Under the pieces are notes generated by a model. It was not told where the DNA came from. It did no database searches and saw only the letters and a program-made list of their open reading frames with translations. Of a stretch of DNA of 64,000 nt, positions 23,262 to 35,072 are shown piece by piece. This DNA is from Eledone cirrhosa (Eukaryota): assembly GCA_964016885.1 (NCBI GenBank), contig OZ024741.1, forward strand, positions 75,516,001-75,580,000. Reading direction: 5' to 3'. The position numbers and the translations under genes are program-made. The first letter of the stretch is position 1; every line of letters starts with the position of its first letter.

Positions 23262-24734
23262 CTATATATAGGGCTTAAAGTTTTGGAAGGAATGTCTGAG
23301 GCGGTGCTGGCAAGTTGCAAACACCTCAGATTTTTTGTTAAGTAGGTTACGGTTGGAGAAGATAATATTGTGTGTCTCTAGTATACAGAGGTTACAGAAT
23401 TTATTAGGTGGTTTGTACGAGGTCGCGCTGCCTATCACTTCCCATTTGAGTGTGTATGGTTTATTTTTAGATTTTAGATAGTGTATGTAGCTAGAAAGTG
23501 AGGTGGAGTTGGCTAGGCTGTGCTTTTTGAACGAGTGGATGTGCGAGTTATATCTGATTTTGAAGCAGTTAGAAGTGGAGCCTACATAGGTTTCTGAAGA
23601 GTTATTAGTCGTGACTGTGCATGAGTATATGACATCCTTGGTTAGGCATTTTTTATCTAAAGGGCAGGTTCTATTAGCTCTACAGTTACAATTATTCTGT
23701 GCGTTAGTCCGCTGGTTATAATGCAATGCGGAAGTCTGTGTGGTGGATATAGGATTTTGGGTGTTCGGGTTGACAACCCTGGTGTTATTACTTATACTAG
23801 TGTTATTTCTATTGTTACTGCCGTTGCTATTGTTGCTTGCTACAGTGGTATTTAGAGGGTTTGCATCCCGTTGTGATTTTGTTTGTTGGAAGTAAGAATT
23901 AATTTTACTATTATTGCTGCTAGCTATGTGGTATGCTAAGTTAGGCGTCGTAGAGTATGAGATTTTAATGGTGTTTTTGTTTAAGAGGTTGTGGTACTTG
24001 TGTCCTAGAGGGAAGTTTTTATCTAGTAGTGAGAAGAAAGCCCTAGGTATGTTGGTGGAGACATTAAGGTTGAAAGGAGGGTTGAAAAATGTATTATTTC
24101 TTCTTCTATTTTTGCTTTTAGTGTTTGGTGTGTTGCTTCCTCCTAAGGCCTCACAGTAGTTTCCATGGTAATGGTTACTTCCGGTGGCACCCTCCGCTTT
24201 GGTGTACTTGTGGTTGCTATTCCTATTATTAGATTTCCTCATGGACATGTTGTGCGAGATGATGTTGTAGCTATGTGTTTTCTTAGGTAGGAACTCAATT
24301 TCTATATTATGGCCGGAGCTAGCTAATGCTTGATTGTAATATTGTGAGTTTTTGCTAAATATGTTTGCGTCATAGGACAGACTAGAGATTCTATTGGACA
24401 CCCCCTTAGAGATAGAGTTTAATATTGATCTAGGGTGATTAGACTTGGTATCTACGTAAATAAGTTTCTCATTAGGCTTATGGAAAGGTGTATATATTTT
24501 TGAGTCTAGGTATAGTGTGGCGTCTAGGAAGTTAACATTTTTAGTGTTTTTGTCCATGGTGATACTAAGGTTAAAGTTTTTGAATGTCTTATGCAGTTGT
24601 TTTCTAGTTCTTTCTATATTAAATTTTTTATATTCTATGAGTAGAAGTGCATCATCGCGGTACAAACCACTTTTAATGCTTGCACTATCTTTAATGCTTA
24701 TAATATTTCTCCACACACAGACTATATCAATCAT
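23262..24734 (-). CDS. PLE RT C-terminal part, thumb and GIY-YIG endonuclease (truncated; first ~21 codons come from the inverted pLTR)
   Basis: GLYRDD, NFLDATL, SNHP, FNPPFN, CNCRANRTCPLDKKCL, VIYSC..TYVGST..IRYNSH, CNLCILE, CQH; 490 aa with no stop. Confidence 0.9.
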   Translation of the reverse strand: MIDIVCVWRNIISIKDSASIKSGLYRDDALLLIEYKKFNIERTRKQLHKTFKNFNLSITMDKNTKNVNFLDATLYLDSKIYTPFHKPNEKLIYVDTKSNHPRSILNSISKGVSNRISSLSYDANIFSKNSQYYNQALASSGHNIEIEFLPKKTHSYNIISHNMSMRKSNNRNSNHKYTKAEGATGSNHYHGNYCEALGGSNTPNTKSKNRRRNNTFFNPPFNLNVSTNIPRAFFSLLDKNFPLGHKYHNLLNKNTIKISYSTTPNLAYHIASSNNSKINSYFQQTKSQRDANPLNTTVASNNSNGSNNRNNTSISNNTRVVNPNTQNPISTTQTSALHYNQRTNAQNNCNCRANRTCPLDKKCLTKDVIYSCTVTTNNSSETYVGSTSNCFKIRYNSHIHSFKKHSLANSTSLSSYIHYLKSKNKPYTLKWEVIGSATSYKPPNKFCNLCILETHNIIFSNRNLLNKKSEVFATCQHRLRHSFQNFKPYI

Positions 24735-25083
24735 ATAAAGACTTTGCCACCAGATCTACCAACCTAACACTCTTATTTACCTACCTAAGTGCCTCTACCA
24801 CACATATCTCTCTGCCACACTATATAAACAAGACGCACATGCGTGCCACACATATAACATTTGCACTATATAACCACTTATCTTCATGTTGTACTTTAAC
24901 CTATATCTTTGATTTTTGATTGTACCTATTAATATAAATGTAATCTCGAAGTGTGTACTGCCACTCTAAATTCTGTAATGAATGTTGACCCACAATGTTT
25001 GAATATGTATCAATGTTTGAATATGTATTGGTATGTCTCTCGGCTGAAAAGGAGGTCATATAACTGTCCATGCATTAATAAAT

Positions 25084-25130
25084 TGCTCCGAAGAATCCAA
25101 ACCTCGGTTTGGAGGAAACAGCTGTAAGCA
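25084..25130 (+). ncRNA. Hammerhead (U4C variant) in the inverted pLTR copy
   Basis: Same motif as 21766-21812, on the opposite strand. Confidence 0.72.
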
Positions 25131-25161
25131 CAATAATGTTTTGAACAGTTCTTTGATTCTT

Positions 25162-25211
<50 letters not shown>

Positions 25212-25522
25212 CAATCTAGTAAATGTGTTATATATAATAATACTATATGAATATATAAGTATATTTACATTACCATTTACATATATATATTATTAATAGG
25301 ATTATATCGAGTTTGAGTATGAAAATGAGTATATATATATATGTGTGTGTATGTGTGTGTGTGTCTGTGTCTGTGGCTCTCTGTGCACTTGTGTTTATAT
25401 ACCCACACACATACACATATATATATTAACACTTCCTTAAGGAAAAGTAATAATATACAAATACAGAAAGAATGAATAGGATACATATGTGTGTGTGTGT
25501 ATGCATATAGATAGATAGATAG

Positions 25523-28500
25523 ATATCTTTCTTTATTTGCCACAGGGGCGTACAAAAATGGGACATTACAAGATGTGATGGCGGGGGTTTTACATAAAAA
25601 TAACTTTAACATTAATAAATAACAATAAACTATATATAATAAAATAACAAGAAAGGGATAACAAGAAGGGGATAAGTTGTTGACCGGAGAGAAAGGTGTT
25701 TGCCCTCAGTCCTTTTAACCTCATCCACCATATTACCTCTTTCGCCATAGCCACCAGACAAAGGAAAACCAACTCTCCTTCGTTCTTAAATGAAAGCGGC
25801 GGGATGGACTCGGCTGACAACTGGATGCGTCCCACATGTGACAGTAGCTGTTTGACATAATTCCACAGGTCGTCACCCCTGGGCACTGAACAATTGCAAG
25901 CAGAACGGTTTCGATGTCCTGATCGCATCTTGGACAGGTCCTTTTGGCAGGATCTCTGCCAGGGCGTCCGTCCCTGTAGATTTTGTCTCGAACTGGTAGA
26001 GCTCCTCGATAACACTGCCAGACTAGAGACCTCTGGAAGTTATCCATAGGCCCTGGACAGAAAGTCCTCCCGAACAAACTGGTCAGTTCATCCTCCTCGA
26101 TCCCTAGAGTTTCCCCGAGAACATCATCGCACTTATCCTCCACTAATCCCCTATAGAATGTCGAAGTGGAGTCTCCACTGATTGCTGTTTCCGCTTGGTA
26201 GAGGGCTGTGAGCGCCTGTAAGCACTCGTGGTGCCAGGCATTTTTGGTCTGAAGATGGGACCAAAGCCGGCCGCCTTGAGAACTGCTTCCAAGTATTGAT
26301 GGTCGACCCTATCAAATGCCTTAGACTGATCTAAATTGATCAGAGCCCCACCGAAGCCAGGTTTACACCCTACCCTCTCTATGATGTATTGCATGAGTGG
26401 AGGTTGTCGTGTATGGACCTGGTCGGGATTGCACATGCTTGTGCTTCCCCTACCAAGTTCTCGATGACAAGCGCCAGCCTCGCTGCTAACACCTTGGCCA
26501 AAATCTTTAACTCTGTGTTGAGCAGAGTTATGGGCCTGAAATTGCTTATCTCATCCCCCTTGTTCTCATCTTTCCAGATCAGCATTACTACGCCTCTTTT
26601 CTACAGAACTGGGAATCCTCCCGTTCTACTGCCAGTTGCAGTAGACCTCTTCGAGGATGCCAGAGAACAAGTCTGGCATGCCTATGTAAAACTCATAGGG
26701 TAGACCATCTAAACCGGGTGATTTGCGTTTCCTGCAGCAGCCTAGGGCATCTTCTATTTCGCCCACTGTGATCGGCCTTTCGCAGCTCTCACCATCCATG
26801 CTCGAGAGTCGTGGTACGCCATCGAGGTAGGAACTGAAGTCCATCACTTCGCTTGATGTACCGTTTTGCCCAAACAGTTGTGCAAAATGGTGCTGGAAGG
26901 CCGTGCACATCTGCTTGGATTCAAGTATAATGCATCCATATTTGTCTTGCAAAGACCAAATTGTGGATTTGTTGCCACTTTTCGCCTCTGCCACTCGGGC
27001 CCAGTAACAGCTTTCGCTCTCTCTTTTCTGAGAGCAGGTGTTCTACTTCTGACAATACAACCTTCGTATTTCACGTTGAAGAACTGGTCTAGTGCCATTC
27101 TCACCGCTAGCACGTCCTCTGTACTGCCATTCCCAAGTGCCTCTTCTATTGTAGCTACCAGTTCCTTTTCAGTTTTGATTTTTTTCTAAAGCTACTTCCT
27201 TGCTAAATGCTATTGATTCTATTCTAATTGCTCTCTTGAGAGAGCTCCGCCACCTGTTGTTGATGATCGCCCCATCAACTGGCATTTAACTAACGTGCTA
27301 ATCCGTTTACTGTAGGCCTTACGCGCCAGGAGCGACATGTTTAGCTTCCAGTATCCTGATCCCTGTCTATGTGTTCTATCAAGGTTGACTAAGCAGGTGA
27401 CTAATTTGTGGTCTGAATAGGCAACCATGTGCATTTGTGGACAGTTTAATGTTTCCTTATCATTCTGTCTAATTAAAAATCTATCTAAATACGATCTAGA
27501 AGACCCAGTGTGGTTGCTGCACGTCCACAGTGGTGTACTCAGGAAGTCTAGTCGATATCTATCAGCCAGTTGGAATTGGCTGATGAGATTTTTTAGGCTA
27601 TTACCCCCCCCCCCCCTATTATCACAAGTTCCTACATAGTCCCAACGTGCGTCTAAGATGCCATTCCAGTCCCCCGCTAATACTAAGGAGTGAGACGTTC
27701 CCAGGTATGGCTCCAGATGCTTGAAGAACTCCGGTCACAATGTCCCAGTCATGGCATATACGGCCACTAGTCTGAAAGCTCCACCTTCACTACCATTCAC
27801 GTCCAGGACCACCAGGCTGCCCTCCGGGTCCAAGTGAATCATCTGTATTTTGAGATCCAAGTTTTTTCGAAACAGAACAGCAACTTCCCCTCCACCTCCT
27901 GGTGACAGAGAGATGCGTAGATCTCAAAATCATCAAACATGGGGGTTAGCTGCTGCTTGTCGTGAATCCTGGACTCGGTGATGGCTATCACATCTATACA
28001 ATGTGACCTGAGATCATTTAAAAGCTGGCCCTGTTTCCAGGACATGCCCAGGCCACGTACATTCAAACATCCAGCTTGTATAGTCGCCATGTTGGTGAAG
28101 AAGAGTTAAGGAGAGAAAAGGCAGGAACTCTTTCCTTTTCGTTTCCTGGAGGTCAGGTTCTTCGATCTCCATATTCAGATTGGTGGTGTTTGGGGAGGGA
28201 GGGAATCCTTTTATCAGGACACAGGTAAGGGGCTTTTGGCAAGCAAGGCCCACATCATGTGGGAAGTTCTCTTTTAAAGTTTCATACTGTAGGCTTGTTA
28301 CCCTGATAAGTTTGAGGTTTGGGGTGGGTCATTGGTGACGAAGGTTTTCCCTTCCATTTGTATTGTGGGGTCCTTTCAGACAGTTTCCACGAGTTATTTG
28401 TTTCTTGTTTTTATGTATGTGTAATGTGTTTTGTTTTTTATGTGCAGTGTTTCTGTTTGTAGTTTTCTTTTTTGTGGTTGGGGTTTGTGATTGTGGTGGT

Positions 28501-29078
28501 GTGGTTGTTTGTTTTGTTGGTGAAGTGTCTGGTTGTGTTGTTGGTGTGGTTGTCGTTTGTGGCGGTGTGTTTATGTCAGTGTTGGGTGTATGCGTGTTTT
28601 CAGTTGATGTTTTTGTGTTTGTATTTTTTCTGTGTCTTTTTTGCTACTTGGATTTTTGGGGTTCCTCTCCATCCTCACTTGGAGATGTTGAGGTTCCCAT
28701 GTCTGAGATGTTATCATTGTGGGTAGGTGGGAGGGGTATGTTGTGTGGTCGTGGAGTGTTTGTGTGTGTGTTTGTGGGAGTGTTGGACTGAGGGGGAAGG
28801 GGTGGGATAGAGTCATTCAGGGGAATTTTTGGTGTGGTGTCTTTTGTGGTTTGTGATAGTTGGGTGAATGTTGATGGTTTGGGGGTTGTGTTTTTTGTTT
28901 TCGGGTGTGTCTGTTGTAGTTTTGGGGTTGGCAACAACGCCTTCTTTTGTTTTTCCACATCCAGCATTGGGCAAAATTCTTTTAAATGTGTGTTTTTTCC
29001 ACATTTGAAACATTGTGGTATTTTGCCCTCCATTGCGATGTGGACAACATGGTTATCATCCACCGGCACCCTCTCCGG
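25523..29078 (-). mobile_element. Decayed, 5'-truncated and internally deleted Tx1/L1-clade LINE
   Basis: MATIQAGCLNVRG (27839-28090), NFRPITLLN, LDQSKAFDRVDH, CPRC, ORF1 knuckle CFKCGKNTHLKEFC; deletion junction near 26248; (gata)n on both flanks. Confidence 0.92.
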
Positions 29079-29744
29079 TATATATATAGATAGATAGATC
29101 CACACATATACATCTTATTCGTTATTGCTGCTTCCTGTATTTGTATATTATTACTTTTCCTCAATGAAGTGTTAATATATATGTGTGTGGGTGTATAGAC
29201 ACAAATGCACACAGAGCCACAGACAGAGACACACACACACACATGAGCATACATACACACACATATATATAATACCAATATTACTATTTCTAACCACCAT
29301 TGAATTTACACTATATATGTATTGAAAGATTATTTGCAACAGTGTGCTTTTAATAAATCTATCTGTAGCTACAGCAATCCATAGCCACAATAATTATTAT
29401 CTCCAACTAAGACCTGAATGATCTTACACAATTTTATATTTAATTAATTTGAATAGACATGTATTCTTTTATTATTCCACTAGTTGTTAGTAATTAGACT
29501 GTAGCCATGCTGGAGCATGGCTACTTTTAGTCAATCATATTGACCCCAGTACTTATTTTTCGAGCCTACACATAATTTTATCTAGGCTATAGTATTTTAT
29601 CAACCACTGTCTATAGTGGAGGATATTTGCTGAAGGTGCCATGAAGCCAGAACTACATGGCAGCAAAGTGAATTACATAGCCACACTAATAAGCCTATGC
29701 TTATATATACATATACACATATACATATGTATGTATACATAAAT

Positions 29745-29819
<75 letters not shown>

Positions 29820-29891
29820 CAAGGTTTAGCAAATAAGAAAAAGTTTTAAAATAAATTTTAAAAAGTTCACTGTACCTGTAGGGAGTCATAC

Positions 29892-29985
<94 letters not shown>

Positions 29986-30183
29986 TACCAGTAATGCACT
30001 AGGTATTTGCTGGCCTTGTTCCTAAAGTAGAAACAATTATTATATATATATATATATAACGAAGGAAGTGTGGTAAGGAACCAGATGGACCATAACGCAA
30101 TAGAGTACTCAATACTTAGGGTAGTAGAGACCAGAAATAGCTGTTGAAATGGCTTGAGCTCTGCCGTCAGGGTTAAACATTTT

Positions 30184-30220
<37 letters not shown>

Positions 30221-30243
30221 AACATATAAGAACCGTAGAGTAA

Positions 30244-30395
30244 ATATTTATTAAAATAACAGATTAAAGTTTAAGTAAAGAATCGCTGCTTTCACCCTTA
30301 ACGGGATCTTCTGAAGGGTGGAAGCAGCGATTCTTCGTTAAGGGTGAAAGCAGCGATTCTTTGCTTAAACTTTAATCTGTTATTTTAATAAATAT
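30244..30395. repeat. Near-perfect hairpin (~58-bp arms) with an extra partial copy in the loop
   Basis: atatttattaaaataacagattaaagtttaag..gaatcgctgctttcacccttaacg and its reverse complement at the end. Confidence 0.9.
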
Positions 30396-30672
30396 ATATA
30401 TAAATATATATGTATATTTCGTATCTCCAAATCCTATTTCTTTTATATATATATATATTAGAAAGTGAGGTTTTTTTACAAAATGAAAAACAACCGAGGT
30501 GCCCTACACAAGTGAAAGTATGAGGAAAAAAAGATGAAATCGAAAATGCAACTGGAGTCTTTATTTTTTTAAATATATGTTTATTTGGTTCCTTTACCAG
30601 TTTCGCAGTTCTTCTGCTTTTCAAAAGTAGAATTGAGATGGAGGGTTTGTGGTTTTTCTCACATCTGTATAC

Positions 30673-30712
<40 letters not shown>

Positions 30713-30809
30713 ATATATATATATATAATATATATAAGTTTATCCCATGTTCAATCGAGGGTAACCACAGTAAGTAAGGTACTCTATACAAAGCAGTATA
30801 AATATTTAG

Positions 30810-30896
30810 TATAGAAAGGCTTCTACATGACTAGAACATCAGGAAGCCTGATGATTTCTCCCGAATGAAACAGTTCTAGTCCTGTAGAAGCCTTTC

Positions 30897-30900
<4 letters not shown>
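30810..30900 (+). ncRNA. Hammerhead core inside an inversion junction
   Basis: CTGATGA t ttc tccc gaa t GAAA cag ttctagtc ctg TA gaagcc (30848-30892). The stem I 5' strand is replaced by the inverted copy; IR arms 30810-30837 and 30873-30900. Confidence 0.6.
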
Positions 30901-30948
<48 letters not shown>

Positions 30949-30981
30949 CGTTATTCCGGCTTGAATCGGAGGTAACCACAG

Positions 30982-31030
30982 GATTCCTGATGATTTCTAA
31001 AAAGTGAAACAGTTCTGGTCCTGTAGAATC
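30982..31030 (+). ncRNA. Type I hammerhead ribozyme (weak stem II)
   Basis: gattc CTGATGA tttctaaaaagt GAAA cag ttctggtc ctg TA gaatc. Confidence 0.68.
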
Positions 31031-31035
31031 TCATG

Positions 31036-31076
<41 letters not shown>

Positions 31077-31250
31077 AGTATATATTACACAAAGTGAAGT
31101 GTGTTACACAGTGAGATGTGTGTAAAGAATTATTACAAGTGATTTTACCATTACTGTATAGGGAACAATATCTACAGGTTACCAATTAAATAGAAAAAAA
31201 CCAGTTCAGAATCAAATCTCTGGATTGGAGTTTTAAATCACAAACCTTAT

Positions 31251-31330
31251 ATTTTGCTGATACGAATCTAGCTTCGTTTCACCACTTATATGTGTAGTAT
31301 CAGTTCACATGGATCCTCAGTCAGCAAAAT
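31251..31330 (-). ncRNA. Type I hammerhead ribozyme with complete stem III
   Basis: attttgctga CTGAGGA t cca..(atgtg/cacat)..tgg t GAAA cgaa gctaga ttcg TA tcagcaaaat; 10-bp stem I. Confidence 0.88.
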
Positions 31331-31393
31331 GCGAACACTGAACACTACACATCTAACCTCATGGATAGAGATTGCAAATAGACACGCTATATA

Positions 31394-31506
<113 letters not shown>

Positions 31507-31667
31507 CACATATATGCATTCATATATATATATGTATAGTTATAGCTGAATCCATAAAAGCACTAGAGAATAAGTTCTATGGAAACAGAATTTAGAATCA
31601 AAACTTCTGAGAGTAAACTTCTCCAAAGCTAAAGTGCTAGTGAGTAGGAAAGAAGAAAGGACCTTCA

Positions 31668-34568
31668 TTGTCCTTAAATGCTTGCAGTTTATGCAACAAG
31701 ATACATTTGTTTAACTCCTACGTCAGAAACATCCACCCTGACTTCATCACAGTCACGGAAACCTGGGCAGATTCCTTACTCTGTGATGGAGTTTTCAGCA
31801 TTACTGGGTACAACCTTTTCCGCAAGGACCGCATTAATCGCTGTGGTGGTGGTGTGATGGTCTACGTTCGTTCAAACTTTTCGGTAATTCCTTGTGTCGA
31901 TTTGAACGAATCACAAGAAGAAGTTTTTTTTTGTGACATACGTATGACCATGTCAACACTTCTGCTTGGTGTTGTTTACCGCCCCCCAAACTACCATCAG
32001 GACACACAGCTCTACGATATCCTCAGAGCTGCTGCCAGGAAAACAGCCACTTATGTGTTTATTGTAGGTGACTTCAATCATCCTGAGATCGATTGGGAAA
32101 CCTTTCATTGGCCACAAAGTGCAAACGATTTCCTTGAGCTAGTGCTGGACTCAAACTGGTCACAAGTAGTCACCTCTCCAACAAGAGGTGACAACACTTT
32201 GGATCTGATCTTCACCACTACTCCTGAAGTGGTTATCAGTTGTACTATTGAGGAACCTCTAGGTGACTCTGATCATTCTATGATCATTGCCAATCTGGCT
32301 CTTGCCGGCAGCAACAAAAACCAGAACCATCTCCAATCTGCTTGCTTTGATTGGAAGAAAGCAGATTGGAACTTGTACTGCACTGAGCTACAGCGCCCAA
32401 ACTGGCATGAGTTCTATAACTCTGGAGATGTGAACACTATACTCCAGAGCATCCTGGACTCAATATGGATAGTGTGTGCAGCATCGGTGCCACGTAAGCA
32501 GAAAAAACCCACCCCAAAAGTGCAATTTGGGAAACTTCAGCGGTCCGACTTGCCAGGAAAGAACATCGGAACGGGAAATATAAACTGCATAAATCAGATG
32601 CCAACAGAAAAAAGCGGAATAAATCTTACAACCATCTCAAGCAAGTGACAAAAAAGGCAGTGCTTGAATTTGAACAGTGCATAGCAACCAATCCTGACAG
32701 TAAGGTGTTCTGGAAATATGTTCATTCAAAGCAGAGACCTCACTCTCCAGTTGGTCCTCTTCGCAATCTCCATACAAGCCAGATCACTGACGATCCCAAA
32801 GATTGCGCAGAACTCATTGCTGAGTGCTATGCAAGCATTTTAACTGTTGAAAACCAGAATGTACCATCTCCACCATCTCTAACATCAAATTCCATAAGAA
32901 CTATGGAATTTACACCTGCAATGTTGCGACGTCACCTTAAGAATAAGCGCAACTATGCCTCCCTTGGTCTTGATGGTGTTACATACCTGCTTCTCAAACG
33001 TGGCGGGTACTTCCTTCTGCACCAGCTTTCTTTCTTCTTTCAATACTGTCTCAACAATGGTGCTACTCCGGAGCAGTGGAAAACTGCCAATGTCATTCCC
33101 CTGTTCAAAAAGGGTGACCGCACGTCACCTGTCAACTATCGTCCAGTCAGTCTTATTAGCTGTATTGCCAAACTGATGGAATCCTGTGTCAGAGAAACAC
33201 TTTGAAACTTCTGGAGCTCTCACAGCCTCATCCGGCCCTTGCAGTTTGGATTTATCCCTAACTCCAGCTGCTGTGATCAGCTTATCGAGTTCCTTGAAGA
33301 CATTACCCGGATCACTGACAGCGGCTCATGGGTGGATGTTGTTTACCTTGATTTTACTAAGGCTTTTAATTCTGTACCACACAAAAGACTTATGGCAAAA
33401 CTCTCTGCAATGGGTGTGAGGGATGATCTTTTTAACTGGTTGAAATCCTTCATTCTCAGCCGAAAAGAGGTAGTCACGGTTCTAGGACAGGATTCTTCAC
33501 CATATGAGATGTCATCTGGTGTACCCCATGGATCTGTTCTTTGTCCCCTTTTGTTTGTGGCATATATTAATGACATAGATGCCAACTTAAAGAATGCCAC
33601 GGTACTGAAATATGCAGATGACATCAAGCTGTACCTTGAAATCAAAAGGACTGATCCTGAAATCTACAACTCTTTCCTACAATCAGACCTGGACACAATG
33701 CAGCAATGGATCACAGACTGGCAACTGAAGCTGGCTGTGGACAAGTGTACCACCATGCATTTTGGGAGGAAAAATCCAACGTCCACATACTCCCTCCACA
33801 ACACTGATATCAAGAAGTCCTCTTGTGAACGTGACCTGGGCATTACTGTCAGCAGCGATTTGCGTTGGACAAAGCATGTCTCTAAGATTGTCAAGAAGGC
33901 CGAGGGTGTCTTGGCATCACTCAGCAAGACCTTTGTTAGCTGCTCTCCAGCCATCTATTTAAAGCTGTATACAGCTATGGTACGACCACACTTGGAATTC
34001 GCATCATCAGTCTGGAACCCCTATCTTGCTCAGAACATTGACCTCCTGGAAACTGTTCAGTGCATACCCTCCATCAGACACCTACCATACTCTGAACGCC
34101 TTGCTTCCCTGGGCATGGATTCATTGAAGCTCCGACGTCTGGCAATGGACTTGGTAAACACCCACAAAATTATTAACCATCTCGCCAACAACAACCCTGA
34201 GCACCTTTTTGATTTCCATGTGTCTAACACATGTGGACATGCCTACAAAATCAGAAAACAGCACAATACCCATGACTTTCGGACACATTTTTTCACACTC
34301 AGAGTTGCTGAGGCATGGAACAAACTGCCTGCGTCAGTTGTTAGCTGCCGAGACACTGCATCCTTTAAAACCTTCATGCTTCCCGAAATTCGCCAAAACT
34401 ACACCTGATGTACCCCTTCCATACACATGCACACATGTGTATATCATGAGTCATGCACTGTTAATTTTCCTGACGTTTGTACTATACATACACTTTTTTA
34501 TGAGTTGTAGTGCACCTGAGTACTGTACACAATATTTCATTATTATTATTATTTATTATTATTATTAT
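31668..34568 (+). mobile_element. CR1-clade LINE ORF2 (APE endonuclease + RT), disrupted, with (ATT)n tail
   Basis: LNACSL, VTETW, VYRPP, GDFN, LDLIF, SDH; NYRPVSL, YLDFTKAF, YADD, RDLG, FFTLRVAEAWNKLP. Frameshifts near 32520-32650 and a stop at 33205. Confidence 0.93.
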
Positions 34569-34689
34569 TCCTTCAGGATTAGACAACATTTCTATACAAT
34601 ATACACAATGTAGTGGGATAATGGGTAGTCTAACAGGAAGGGAAAACTTTGTATGTAGAAGATGGACAAGGGTAATCGGGGGAAAAAAC

Positions 34690-35072
34690 GCCAATGGCTT
34701 AGTGGTTAGAGCATTGGCCTTGCAATCAAAAGGTTGTGAGTTCAGTTCTCAGACCGGATGATGTGTTGTTTCCTTGAGCAAGACACTTTATTTCACATTG
34801 CTCCAGTTTACTCAGCTGTAGAAATGAGATGATAGGGACTGGGGTCCCTATCATTCCACTGTAAAGTGGTCGTGGAGGTGCCACGGCAAAAAAGCACCCA
34901 GCACTCACTGTAAAGTGGACGTGTAGGCGCCACGGAAAAAAACCATCCAGCACTCACTGTAAATGAGGTTGGTGTTAGGAAGGGCATCCAGCTGTAGAAA
35001 TCAAGCCAGAATCAGTTCCCGTCCCACCCTTGCAAGCAGGCAAAAGCGGACATAAAATGATGATGATGATGA
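34690..35072 (+). mobile_element. tRNA-derived SINE with RTE-type 3' tail
   Basis: A box tggcttagtggtt, B-box-like gagttcagttc, core ccttgagcaagacactt, then ttaggaagggcatcc and (atg)n. Confidence 0.85.

Larger units (their letters stand above)
21723..25173 (-). mobile_element. 5'-truncated Neptune-type Penelope-like element with an inverted pseudo-LTR copy
   Basis: RT/GIY-YIG ORF flanked by 506-bp inverted repeats (21723-22228 and 24668-25173), each carrying a hammerhead. Confidence 0.92.

Noticed and set aside
21723-25173. DNA transposon with long TIRs
   Set aside because: The enclosed ORF is RT plus GIY-YIG and one arm truncates the RT; this is a PLE inversion.
34690-34760. tRNA gene (also 41310-41375 and the SINE heads)
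   Set aside because: A and B boxes are present but no cloverleaf; they continue into SINE bodies.
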